Shown here one piece after another: positions 11,900 to 23,795 of a stretch of 64,000 nt of DNA. The position numbers and the translations under genes were made by a program. The stretch's first letter is position 1. Each line of letters opens with the position of its first letter. Source of the stretch: Phoronis australis (lineage: Eukaryota > Animalia > Phoronida); assembly GCA_002633005.1 (NCBI GenBank), contig NMRA01000526.1, positions 62,001-126,000 on the forward strand. The letters are read 5' to 3'. The notes under the pieces are model-generated. The model had not been told where the DNA came from. It did no database searches and was given only the letters and a program-made list of their open reading frames with translations.

Positions 11900-13984
11900 C
11901 CTATTAGAGATTTTGGTAAGAAATGGAATGAATTAGAAACTGCTGCTGGACATGTTCATTACAAAAATTAAAATCTGCAGACTCATTTTAATGCGTGGTG
12001 TTTTTTTTCAGATGACAACGGTTTCCTGCAGTACATATCTAAAGACAAGTTGGGTGAGGTCACGTTCAAGCATGTCGTGCTAGATGATGGTGAAAAGAGG
12101 AGGATTTTTCTGGACTGTCATTGTGAAACTGGTGGACATATGGGTTTTAACAACACTTTAAGCAGGATTTCTTCTAGGTTCTATTAGCTTGGCATTACAG
12201 CTGACGTTCTACAGTGGCTTTCAGAGTGCGATGCGTGCCAACGCTTTGCTAAGGTATTGACGGTCGCTCCAGAGTTGAAGCCTATAACAACGAGTGAGCC
12301 TATGGAAATGGTCGGTATAGATTTGATTGGTCCTTTTGTGTGTTCTAAATCGGGTAATCGTTATGTGCTCACTACTACAGACTTGTGGTCAAAGTATGTG
12401 GCTGCTTACCCCATCCCAGAGAAGTCTGCTGCTTTTGTGTGTTCCAAACTGTCGACCTACTTTCTGACAAATGGACCACCTAAGAAAGTTCTCAGCGATC
12501 AAGGTAGGGAGTTCTGTAACCACGTTAATGACCACTTGTTCTCTCTTTTTAGGGTGAAACATCTAATGACCTTGGCCTATCACCCGCAAACCAATGGTTA
12601 GGATGAGCGAACCAACCAAACCCTCAAAAAGATGCTCCAAAAGAAGTCGAATGAGAGTAGAGATGACTGGGATGAACATCTGGAAACATCACTGTTTGCC
12701 ATTAACACGGCTGTTCAAAGTACCACACAATACTCTCCCTTTTTCCTTATATTTAATCGTAAAGTCAGATTGTTTTCAGAGCTTGCGCACTACGAAAGTG
12801 ATGGCTAACAACCTGAAACTATGCCTGTACCCACTTTGGACGTTCTTGATGAAGATGTTGATGCTCGAATAAAGGTTATGGAGCAAGTGAAGTTACGAGT
12901 TGATGAGAATATTGGCAAGGCTCAGGAGAGGCAAAAAAGCAGTATGCTTTGAAAAAAAGGTAAGGGTGTGAAGTGTTTCGATTTTGCTGTAGGTATGGAA
13001 GTCCTCACCAAAAACATGAGCAAGCTGGGGCGAAAGGGCATGTGCCTGGACGATGACTGGAAAGGTCCCTATACCATCACTGAGTTGAACGAATGTGCAG
13101 CTTCGTTGGCTGACCTCCAGGGGAACCCTCTTACGAAGAAAGTCCCTATCGTGCAAATGAAGCCTTACCTAAAAGGTGATTTGTCTAAGCCGACTGGTCT
13201 CAACATTGCGTCTGATAGGCAAAGTACCAGTGTGCCGTCTGAGTCAGGGCGTCCCAGCACCACATCACCTCCTACTAGCTCCCCTTCACATCCAGCTAGC
13301 ACCCCTTCTGCGGCAGATGGTTCCAACGCCACGTCCGAATGTATTGATCTAACATCTGATCATGACAGTGACGGCTACACCTCTGACCAAGATGGTGCCA
13401 ACAAAACATCAAATCCTGATCAACATCAACCTCAATCTGAGCCTAAACTGTCCAACTCCATGGCGTCCCAAAAGTGCAAGTCACGCCAAAGCCTCAGTGG
13501 TTATTCCGACAGCCCATCCAAGGTGGACCACCCTTCTAACCGGACGGAAATCGATAGCGCTGTTAAGGTAGCTGAGCAGGGTAAGAAAAAGAGTTAGTCT
13601 ACCCCCACTTTCTAGGTCTGCCCACTACGAGAAGATCAGGGACCAGAAATTTTGGCTGACTGACACTGAAATTGGTGATGCATCCAAACTGATGCGTCAA
13701 ATGAATTCTCAACTTGATGGTCTTATCAACCCAGCTCTGGGATCTCATAGGCTGATGATTGTCACGTGTCCTTGGGAATTCACATTGTTATTGTAACCTC
13801 GTTTCCTGTTCACCTGCTTCGTTCCGGCCTCGCCGACGTACGTCTAAAAGTTCTTAAATTTTTCCCGGCCCTGCCATCCCCTTTTCGGCATTCCCTGGAA
13901 CCTCCACGTGGCCGGCGCTTTTTCATTTGTCCATCTTACCAGAGATTAGTATTTTTTACCTTACTTATGTTTAGTCACTACCTG

Positions 13985-14085
13985 TTACTTGTAATTGTGT
14001 TAGTCATATACTGACCTTACTTGTAATTGTATTAGTCATATAAATGACCTTACTTGTAATTGTATTAGTCATAATAAATGACCTA
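13985..14085 (+). repeat. Minisatellite gaccttacttgtaattgtattagtcata; the block 13915-14175 is duplicated at 8870-9100
   Basis: About 3 copies of a ~30-bp unit, and the same unit and flanks occur at 8940-9010. Confidence 0.7.
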
Positions 14086-14417
14086 TATCGCCTACCCCGC
14101 TCTTGGTTTCATCTCTGGTATCGAGCTCGCGACGCACGAAATATTATATATCATTCGGGACATATGTCGACCATAAATATGCGCAGCAGTTTTGACAGAG
14201 TTTCTGAAAATGAAATAATTATCAATTAAAAGACTGATAAATTCTTCATCTAAAAAGCGGGGGCAGGCACATTGCGCAACTGCAAAAACATCAATCTCCC
14301 GACCGATCAACATTAACCCTTCCGGACGATCGAAAACTCGCCATGAAAACTTGGCCTTGACTTCAAGCCTTAGAAAGACGTTACGGTCTCTGCTTCAGGT
14401 GGCACTGAACAGTTAGG

Positions 14418-16945
14418 CTGTGGCCCACATATTTATATGTGGTCGCATATTGCCGTCATCTCCTAAACCCCTCACAGGATCTTGATGAGATTTGGCAGAT
14501 GTGTTCCTAGGAAGCTGACGTCGGATGACGATGGATTTCGGACCTCTACGACTACCCGTGTGCCCCCTAGTGGCTTACCTCTCCAGTTTTCAGACGAATT
14601 CGAGGTACTTTGCGGCACCTAGTGGTCATTTTTACTGTTTTCGAGTCTGTTTTTTGGCGTCCGCCATTCTATCAACCAAACCGCTCTAGGGATGATTTTG
14701 AAAATTGGAGTATATGTTCTTACTGTGAAGAGGGCGACTGACGATGATTTTTCGACAACTGTGGCGCCTCCTAGTGGCACTTTTGTTTGTTTGTTTGTTT
14801 GCTTGTTTTTGAGCCCATGGCTGTGTCTCCTAAATCCCTCACAGGATGTTAATGAGATATGGCAGATTTGTTTCCATGAAGGTGACGACGGATGACAACG
14901 AATTTCGGACCTCTCCGACTACTGGTGTGCCCCCTAGTGGCAATTTTATTTTTTACGCTTGCCTCTGTAGACTTGCAGGTCCTCAACGGATTTTCATAAC
15001 ATTTGGCACTTATACATCTATTATTGAGATGACGCCATTCTCTAGTTTTCGGACAGATTCGGGGTACTTTGCGCCACCTAGTGGCCATTTTTACTGTTTT
15101 CAAGTATGTTTTTTGCCGGGGTCCGCCGTTCTATCAATCATACCGCTCTAGGGATGATTTTGAAAATTGGCATATATGTTCTTATTGTAAAAAGGGCGCC
15201 TGACGATGATTTTTCGATGACTTGGCATACTATGGCGCCTCCTAGTGGCAGTTGCGTTGTTTTTGCGCCTATGGCTGTATCTCCTAAATGCTGTACAGCG
15301 TCTTTATTGAATTTTGCTGGTGTATTTATGAAGTTGACAGCAATGGTTGACGACTTTCGGACGGTTCGGGCTACTGTTGTGCCCCCTAGTGGCAATTTTA
15401 GTTTTATACGTATACCTCTCACAACGCAACGGAATAAAGACCGTGAACAATGAAAAGTGTCGTGCATTTAACAAATTCTGTATACCTCTCTATCTGAAAG
15501 GATCGTCAATGGATTTTCATAAAATTTGGCAGTTAGGCATCTATTAGTGAGGTGACGCTATTATCCGGTTTTTGTTAAAATCCGAGGCATTTTGCACCAC
15601 CTTGTGGCCATTTTTACAGTTTTCGAGTCTTGTTATTTAGCGTCTGCCCCTCTGTCAACCAAACTACTTTAAGGATGGTTGTGGAAATTGGCATTTATGT
15701 TCCTAATGGGAAGAGGAAGTCTGACAATGATTTTACGACGACTTTATCTACTTTGGAGCCTCTTAGAGGCAATAATGTTTTTTGCGCTTATAGCCTCTTA
15801 GTGGCAATTTCATTTTTCATTTTCCTGTTATCTCAGAAGTTCCTTGATGGACTTTTATGAAATTTGGCTAATAGCTTTGATGACACATACGGATCATGGA
15901 TTCGACACATTTTGAGCCATTTAGTTGCCATTTTTATGTTCCAAATAAACACACCTAGAAGCACACCGTTCACGGTGCATTCGTGGGCGCATTTCAACGC
16001 TTCACGTTGCTCTTGTTACTGTTTTCAAATATGTTTGTTGGCGTCCACCCCTCTATCAACCAAACCGCTCGAAGGATGATTGTGAAAACTTGCATGCAAA
16101 ACATGTTCTGACTATGAAGAGGACGGCTCATGAAAATTATCCGACTTCGACTACTGTTGCGCCTCCTAGTGGCAGTTTTTTGTGCCCATAGCTGTATCTC
16201 CTAAATCGTTTGAAGAACCTTTATTAAATTTACCAAGTGTATTTATACGATGTTGACAACGGACAAGCACGACTTTCGGACGGATCTGAATACCGCTGTG
16301 CCCCTAGTGGCAATTTTAGTTTTTTACATTTACCTCTGTGTGTTCAAAGGTCCTTCATGGATTTTCTTAAAATTTGGAATATAGAAATCTATTGGCGAGA
16401 TGACGCTATCTTCCCGTTTTCGAATGAAATTGAGGTATTTTGCACCACCTAGTGGCCATTTTTGCTGTTTTTGAGTCCACCCTCTATCAACCAAACCATT
16501 CTAAGGATGATTTTGAAAGGCGTCTATGTTTTCAGAGTGAAGAGTACAGTTGGCGATAACTTCGACTATTGTGCCGCCTCCTAGTGGTATTTTTTGTTGT
16601 TTTTTTTTGATCACATAGGTGTGTCTCCTAAACCCACTGCAGAATCGTTATTAAATTTAGTATGTGTATTTATATGAAGCGAACAACAGACCACGAGGAC
16701 TTTTAGGCGGATCCAAGGAACGCTGTGCCCCCAAGTGGAAAATTCATTTTTTAGTTTCCTTTGTTTCTCTGAAGTTCCTTGACAGATTTTTATGAAGTTT
16801 GGTAAATAGCTTTCCATTAGAAAAGTGATGGTGCTTCTCATTTTAGGATGTATTTTACATTTTTGAGCCATCTAGTGGCCATTTTTATAAGGCAAATAAT
16901 CAACCTTAGATGCACCCCATTCGCAGTGCATTCGTGGGCGCATTT
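14418..16945 (+). mobile_element. HINE/DINE-1-like (Helentron-associated) element with an internal tandem array rich in CTCF-like motifs
   Basis: A 5' hairpin (cccacatatttatatgtgg), 3' subterminal gtgggcgca, and an internal array of ~150-bp monomers in a ~460-bp higher-order unit. Each monomer has gYgccNcctagtggc. Confidence 0.7.
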
Positions 16946-18904
16946 CACATATTGTGCATGAATTAAAAGTTCCCATTATTGCCATTCTTTCAAAGACTAA
17001 CTACCGTGCGGTAACTTGAAACTTTACCAAATGTCGTTTTATAACACCTACGAAGTACAAATGTTGTTTATGTTCCAATCAATTTTTCTTGAAAATTTTG
17101 ATAAAAAATTTAATTTCACATGTTTGTCATATTTTGGGCTAAATATATGAAGAATTACCATGGTGTGATAATTTTACTTTTAAATATGCAGTGTTGACGG
17201 AGAGTGCTTTGAAAACTGATGCACTTTTATTTACATCTTTACACTTGTGAAGGATTGTTGTTGTGTATGATTACAAAGATAGCAATTCTTGAGAGAGAGA
17301 TTATAACATGCATTGTTGGTTATGATGGTCTTAATGTTGTATGGAGATGCATTGATGTAAGCCTGACAAGTAGAAGGTCCAAACTTAAGCCTTTTGGCCA
17401 GAAGTCCTTAAAAACTGTGACGTGGAATTTGAAAACTCCGCATAGGCAATCTGTTTTGATATTTGTTTTTTTATTGTTATTCTTTTGAATTCTTTTTAAT
17501 GTGCCCCCATATCCATATGTGTATGTCTGGCAGTCATCACAGTTGGGGAGTCTAGCATCTACTACTGTATCTCCAAAACCCCTTGGAGTGTCTCATGTTG
17601 GGCCCTCTGAAAAAACACTGTAGTGAAACTCACAAGTCAGAGCTGTCCATAAAAACTGTTTAGTTCAGGACGCAACGCAACATAGTTGACAAGGGAAATG
17701 TTACTCTCAGTCAAATTTCGCTGCAAAAGGAACTTTTATTGTGCAGTGAGCAGAGTTTGTATTGTATAGATGTCACCAAATGGTTGCTCAATTTTAGTAT
17801 GCAACATCATACTAAGCCTTTACATACTAGGAAAGATGAGCTTTAGCCATTTTGTGAAAAATTGGTGACATAAATAATGAAATGTGTGTGTTCACAGGCA
17901 GTAGAGTAGTGGACAATATTCTGCGCTTTTGTTGAGAGGTTTAATGACAGGAGGTTTCCCAACATTTTTATTGATTGTTTGCGACCATCATGACATTAAA
18001 TTAAATTACCACAATTGTGCGGTGGGATGATGGAACAATTCACATGGAATGTCTCGAGATGTTTGTGCATGAAAGAGATTGTGTTTTGTTCCTGTCAGCT
18101 CAGACTTCTTGCCCATAGCAATTAGAAATTGGGTCAAAGGAAAGGCACTTTTATGTTCTCACAAAGCTAAAGAGTTATTTTTTGTCCCAAATTAAAGCAT
18201 TTTCATTGTAACGGGTTCCTTCATGAGGGAATTTCTCAGATCGTAAAGTTAATTTATAAGATTCTTCCTTTTATTCTAAGGAGCTCTGCATGTTCTAGAC
18301 ATTTGATGCTGTCATGCAGATGTATGTTTCTCAACCTGTGAAAGTATAGGTAACATCCATGGAGAAATATGTATCATGTACTGTAGGTTGTGAAGACAGA
18401 ATTCATGTTCGCAACGTTGGTCCTGTCCACACAATTTAAGACATCCCTGGTTTCAAAACTTTGTCTGGTACTGCAGAGAAGTCTAATTGCGGCAAAGTCA
18501 TGTTTGGCCTCGTATCTTAGATTGCAAGGACTGGTTTGGCAGAAGTGTTAAGGATTCATATACAAGTCATCTTCGTGGTTCGTAGATTTCAACTGTCACA
18601 TAGTGACAGGACCATTGCTGATCTGCTGTCCCACCATTATCTAGTGGTCAAAGCGTTGCCAAGCAGAAGTCTGCAAGAGTTGGACACAATATCTCTCGTG
18701 GGAGTTCATTAGTTCCAGTTTTTCATTGAGTTTCTTTCTTTGTATACTACAAATGGATGTCTCCATGCTTACGTGTATCATTGTGTATAGGTCTTCATAT
18801 GGAACATAGCTCTAGTATATATTTTCTTCATGTTCATTTCAGCATTTCAAAATGTGTTTTACAGCTATTCAATTAAAGTTGAATAGAAAATTCAGTTGGA
18901 ATAA
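16946..18904 (+). pseudogene. RNMT: Duplicated remnant of the RNMT last intron and 3' UTR, with the last coding exon deleted
   Basis: Colinear, diverged copy of 53017-55251. At ~17193 it skips ~155 bp (about 53277-53431), which contain the acceptor, last exon and stop. Confidence 0.88.
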
Positions 18905-21011
18905 CCCCGGTAACCTCGATAACTGCCACGACCCCTTCCACGGTCTGACGTTCTGATACCAGCAAGAGTGGTCCTCTTCGGTGACACCTAAGTGAATAGA
19001 TAAGTATCCCTAGTGCATCAGCAATATGAAACAGTAGCATTTGATTATAATCAAAATGTGATTTCAAGGTTTTGACAAAATGCCATATTTTCTCAAAGTA
19101 TTGTAGACTTTATATACAGCCTCAACAGCAAAAAGCATTTTTTTCAGCAAGTCTCTTAAGATGACTAAAAATTACCTTTATTTGTCTGCATCTAAACAAT
19201 GACTCACTCAAGGCCTCAGCTGTTTTGACAGAATCCTTGTCCGCGAACTCTATATATGCACATCTGGAACAAACAAACACAAGGGCAAACCTCAATCAAT
19301 GGAAACAGTACACTAGTTGTTCAGTGAGGAAGACATTCAGTTGTATTACTTTTGACAAAATAAGTAACAGAAATTCCAACCTACTTCCTTTGCAGTTACT
19401 CTGAATGACACGTGTCCGTTAGTATCTGAAAAGCGCAATCCAGCAAATGCTTCAGGTTATGCAAGACCTTCAAAAATGGCAACTCTAGCTAACTTTGGAG
19501 GAACATCATATCTCAGAATTGGCCACTTGCAATAATATGAAATTTCAGAAACTGTGCTTTACGCAGTGTTCTCGGTCATGAATTGTTCTTAAAATGTTCC
19601 ACTATCAAAAACAGAACTTTTATTATTTTCATGAAAGAGTTGGAACGAAAACTAAAAGTTTTTGTGATTTCATATTGAATAAGTTTATCAAATGAAATAA
19701 AGGGTTGCATGAAATAAAAACTAACAATTATTGCTATTTCAACTTCAATATGTTTATCAAATGAAATTTGGCCATGGTTTGGAAACCGGTGTTTTGTTAT
19801 TAATGTACCTTTCTTGTTTGTAAAATTTTACTAAAAATTCATGGTTGCGTGAGCTAATTAATGGCAATTACTAAAAAAGAAATTAAATTTTGTAAGCTTT
19901 CTACTTCAGAACTACACAATTTTTGGAGTTAAAATCTATACTTTTAAGATACTTGGCTAAACACAGACACTTGTGTCCTATATTACCATTAACTTTCACA
20001 GCCAGTCCCTTCTTTGGGGACTGAGAAACAGGAATGGCCGTCAGGGACAGCCCTGCCTCAACATCTTACTTTATGCAGAGGACTGTGATAAATCAAGAGA
20101 ATGACGGTTAACAAACCCTTTGGGATGGCCTGTGAACTTATCATACTGTATGGTGACCCTATTAATTGAGCCGCAGCCATGAAAGTGGGCCTCTAGTTCT
20201 TCGGCAGTCGAACCATAGTCCACCTACAACACGAAACTATTGTTACCACACACTGGAATGATGCTAAAGCTGCTGATGCAATTTCAAATGCAACACAAGC
20301 GGAATAACATGATCACCATAGTTTCCAATACACCTTAAAAATTATCAATGTATAAATGATGACCAACTCTTGCCAAGCTTACAGCTTATTGAAGAAAGTC
20401 CCAAGTGTTCCATAGCAATTTAACAAACAAAACGGCAGACAGGTGAAATTTAAATATGTTGAATTTCTCAACAAAAATAATGATTTTAAAATGTCATAAA
20501 ACAACATTTGGTTATGTTTCTTGTTATTTCAGGGATATACTTAGCCATTCCCCCAGTTGCCAATGCGAGTAAAAATGGTGCTGGTCGAGTACAAGTTGAC
20601 TTGCCGGTCGCCCAGGCGGCGAGCGAATTTTCAGAGCGCAAAAGCACTCTATCGTTTCCCAGATGAACATGAATAAATTCTCTTCTTCTTATGCTGTTTT
20701 TGACATAAATTTAAGGTTCACTTTGGTCATCTTGTCGATGCTCCGGCAGTAAAAAATATCGGAGCAGTGCGAACCTACCGATTCAATAGATGTCACCCGT
20801 TACGCGATTCGTCTAGACAAAAGATCACAGTGAGTGGTTGTGCACAAAGGAATTTGTGGACTAGTCCGAAACGAAAGAAAGGGGGAAAGGCGGAAGACCG
20901 GTCCATGTGCTCACAGCAATTGAAATACCATATTTCTTGGATCTGATTTCTTATTGTAGTTTTATGTGCAATGTCACTTTAGCCAAAGTTATTTTATAAA
21001 ATAATAATAAC

Positions 21012-22113
21012 ATTCGTCCTAATAAGCGCCCATGCCCCTATAAACGCCCCACATTCGTTTTCAGACTTCGCTAATGAATAAGCGCCCAGTATATGAACGA
21101 GTACATATGCGAAAAATGCCTTACTTATAGTTCTAATATTCTACATTAATGTCTTCAATTTCTCAATAATATCCGACAGTCCTGAAAAATTATTGTGCGC
21201 GGAATTTCTAGACCACGAGCCTCGCTGCTATGTCGGTATTTAGCAGTGGCTAAACACTTCAAACTTCCGCAGTGCTTCAAAAAGAACGCAAAAGTTTTGC
21301 TGATCTTGCTAGGAACGTGTCCCACTATGGTCAGGCCTTTCAGAACAGACGCAGCGTACTTGTTAACGGGATTGTATTGTATCTTTCCCGTACAGATCTT
21401 CCCCCTGAACAGGAATCCAGATAACTTTGTACACGTAAAAACCGCAAATCAAAACTTGACCTTTGTTAATGAGCACGTGACTAAGAAGCGCGCGCTAGGG
21501 TCTACATATAAGTGGACCTGCTACTCCGGCAAATGAACTCTGATGACAAGCACGCGCTCGCTCACTCGGCGCACACCTGCAGACTAACTTCAAAACAAAC
21601 GTCACGTGACAAAATGTGTGTTCATCCAGATTTTTCTCGTGTTGCAGGGTGCGATCAAGCGCAGATTTGGACTTAATCTGCGGTTAATCCCGAATCCACA
21701 GAACCTTAAAAATCTTAGCGATGCTATTTGGAAAACTTAAGGAGGATTTCAGGTAATTTGTTGAGTCGGAACTGCATTTTTACTCAAGAATTCAAGTTGA
21801 CCTATAGACGATCGCGAGGCAGCGACGCATCAGTCGATAAGTTTTCGCCCTAGGATTTCAGTACATTTTTTTAAAAAGATCGTAATTTAACAACAAAGTA
21901 TGATAGCAATGCCCCACAGTTTTGTAGAAAGTCTGTCATAGATTACAGGTAAGTCACAGCGCGTAAATTTAATGAATCCTAGCTTCCGATTTCACCTGTT
22001 TCGAAGACTGAGTTTCAACCGCCTTAGGTTACAACAAGCGCCCCCACCCCCAACCCCCCTTCCGAAACGAATTTTTCTAAGCACCCTGGGCGCTTATTAG
22101 GGCAAATACGGTA
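21012..22113. mobile_element. Tc1/mariner (pogo-like) MITE in a PABPN1 pseudogene intron
   Basis: Inverted ends cctaataagcgccca (21018) / tgggcgcttattagggcaaatacggta (ending 22113), with a terminal TA. Confidence 0.65.
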
Positions 22114-23036
22114 GGAAACTGTCTATGACCAATGTTGCTCACTTACCAAGTGATATTTTAATTTCATGGCATTTGCAAACATGGTGTACGTGCACTACAA
22201 AAGGGGGTACGTACACTACATCACTGTTTCTGCATCACATGGTAACATAATGTTGTGTGGCCATTTATTTTTCTTTGGTGATAATAAGCACCATGTTGTT
22301 ATTTAAAAGGCAATAATTTCATTTGCAATGAAAACTTGTGTTTTTAAATTCCACATGGGGGTACGTACATTACATTTTGTTAGCCTTTTTGGCCCATTTT
22401 CACCATAGCAGAACCCACTCAATATCCAAACTTTTGGTTTCTTTAGATATTGAATAATTTGATGTGTTGCCTAGGCTAACATATTCTACAATTTTTTGTG
22501 TTACAGAGTGTGAACTTTAGTTTTTAACCCTCTTTACAGTAGGTGAGGGTTAGAAATGCAGAATTCATAAATTTCGTAACGAGTGCCTGTTTTATGATGA
22601 ACACCACCATTTCTCAATGATTAAGCACAACTTCGTCTATTCTGAAAGTGACTCAAGTTATTCCCAGTCATATCAAAGCAATTGCTTGCTTAATAAAATA
22701 AATTTCTTTTCTACTGTTGACAGTTGAAAACTGTAATTTTCAAAATGGCCACTCGTAATTCATAGACAAAAACATGCATAAATTTATCAAACATTGTCCG
22801 ATTTTGATGATTTTTTTTTAATTTGCACAACTAAATAACTCTTTGCATATGAGATTCAGTTGGCATTAGGTAAGTGACCAAAAAAATTTATTTTAGACCG
22901 TAACATAGTCAACCCTCGAATATGGACCTTGATTGTGATTTAGCCGAGTGAAAAACGTACCAATTTTATCAACACGTTCAGTAGACTTGACAAACATACT
23001 ACTCAGATATGCCGCAGTGTAATACAAGACTAAGTG

Positions 23037-23106
23037 TTCTCGATCAGTGATCATTTGTAATCATGGAGCATCAAGAGTCTAACATGTATGAACATCATTT
23101 CGAGAA
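23037..23106 (-). ncRNA. Box C/D snoRNA, SNORD104/snR58-like (copy 1)
   Basis: Terminal stem ttctcga/tcgagaa, box C ATGATGT, box D CTGA, D' TTGA and C' ATGATT. The guide ACATGTTAGACTC is complementary to 28S rRNA GAGUCUAACAUGU. Confidence 0.85.
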
Positions 23107-23719
23107 TACAAAGTTGTCCAGTACCCACGTAACTGTGAATATTTTACTAATAATAATGCGCAAATACAAATATAACCCTTCTGCCTTGAATTATATTATA
23201 GAATTAAAGCTTCTATGAAGCCGCTTTCCATCACAAAACAAACTCGATTTAGGTCACTTCCCGTAGCAAAATTGGTCTCAACCTGTTCCTTTGCTATCAT
23301 GCTGGAGGTAATTTCAGGGCTTCAAAAGATCTGACTGTTCACTACTTCTTCAGACCAAGCTCATAAAATTCACTGAGGTAATGTTTCCACTTGAAATTGA
23401 GCTTTGTCTGCCAGTACTGAGCTCACTTCCAAATTGTGTAAGGAGCAAGACCAACCTTGTAGCAGTAAGTAGCCAAAACATGTTTCTGAGACAGAGAGCA
23501 CCGGTTTAATGTCGCTTTAATAAATGCTAATAGCAATAAACGAGTATGTTATCTTACGTTGCCAACATATATAGATCTTAAGTCCACTTCTCTTTTGTCC
23601 TCCATCGACGGAGGGCTTGCTGAAAAGATGAACACATACGTCACTAAGAGCAGGAATCACACCAGGCACGTATATTTGTACAGCCATAAGTCATCCACTA
23701 ATAAAATGATAACGGTATT

Positions 23720-23795
23720 TTGTTCTTGATCAGTAAACTGTTGTAATCATCAAGCATCAAGAGTCTAACATGTACAGACATCATTTCAAGAACAA
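23720..23795 (-). ncRNA. Box C/D snoRNA, SNORD104/snR58-like (copy 2)
   Basis: 10-bp terminal stem ttgttcttga/tcaagaacaa, boxes C, D', C' and D, and an identical 13-nt guide. It sits ~100 nt upstream of the 3' splice site at 23620. Confidence 0.88.

Larger units (their letters stand above)
10050..13770 (+). mobile_element. Degenerate Ginger1/GIN-like DNA transposon (Gypsy-type integrase, probable introns, Ulp1-like C-terminal remnant)
   Basis: After a tttttttcag acceptor at 12011 come an HHCC zinc motif (CHCETGGHMG...CDACQR), a DDE core (GIDLIGP, LSDQGREF, AYHPQTNG*DERTN), WKGPY, an S/P-rich linker and FWLTDTEIGDASKLMR (Ulp1-like). No RT or LTR is seen, and there are in-frame stops. The outer boundaries are approximate. 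Confidence 0.7.

Noticed and set aside
14418-16945. CRISPR-like array (conserved short motif with regular spacing)
   Set aside because: The spacers are homologous to one another and ~140 bp long, there are no cas genes, and the context is eukaryotic.
19440-19515. C/D-like boxes (ATGATGT...CTGA) in a PABPN1 intron
   Set aside because: There is no convincing terminal stem or recognisable rRNA guide.
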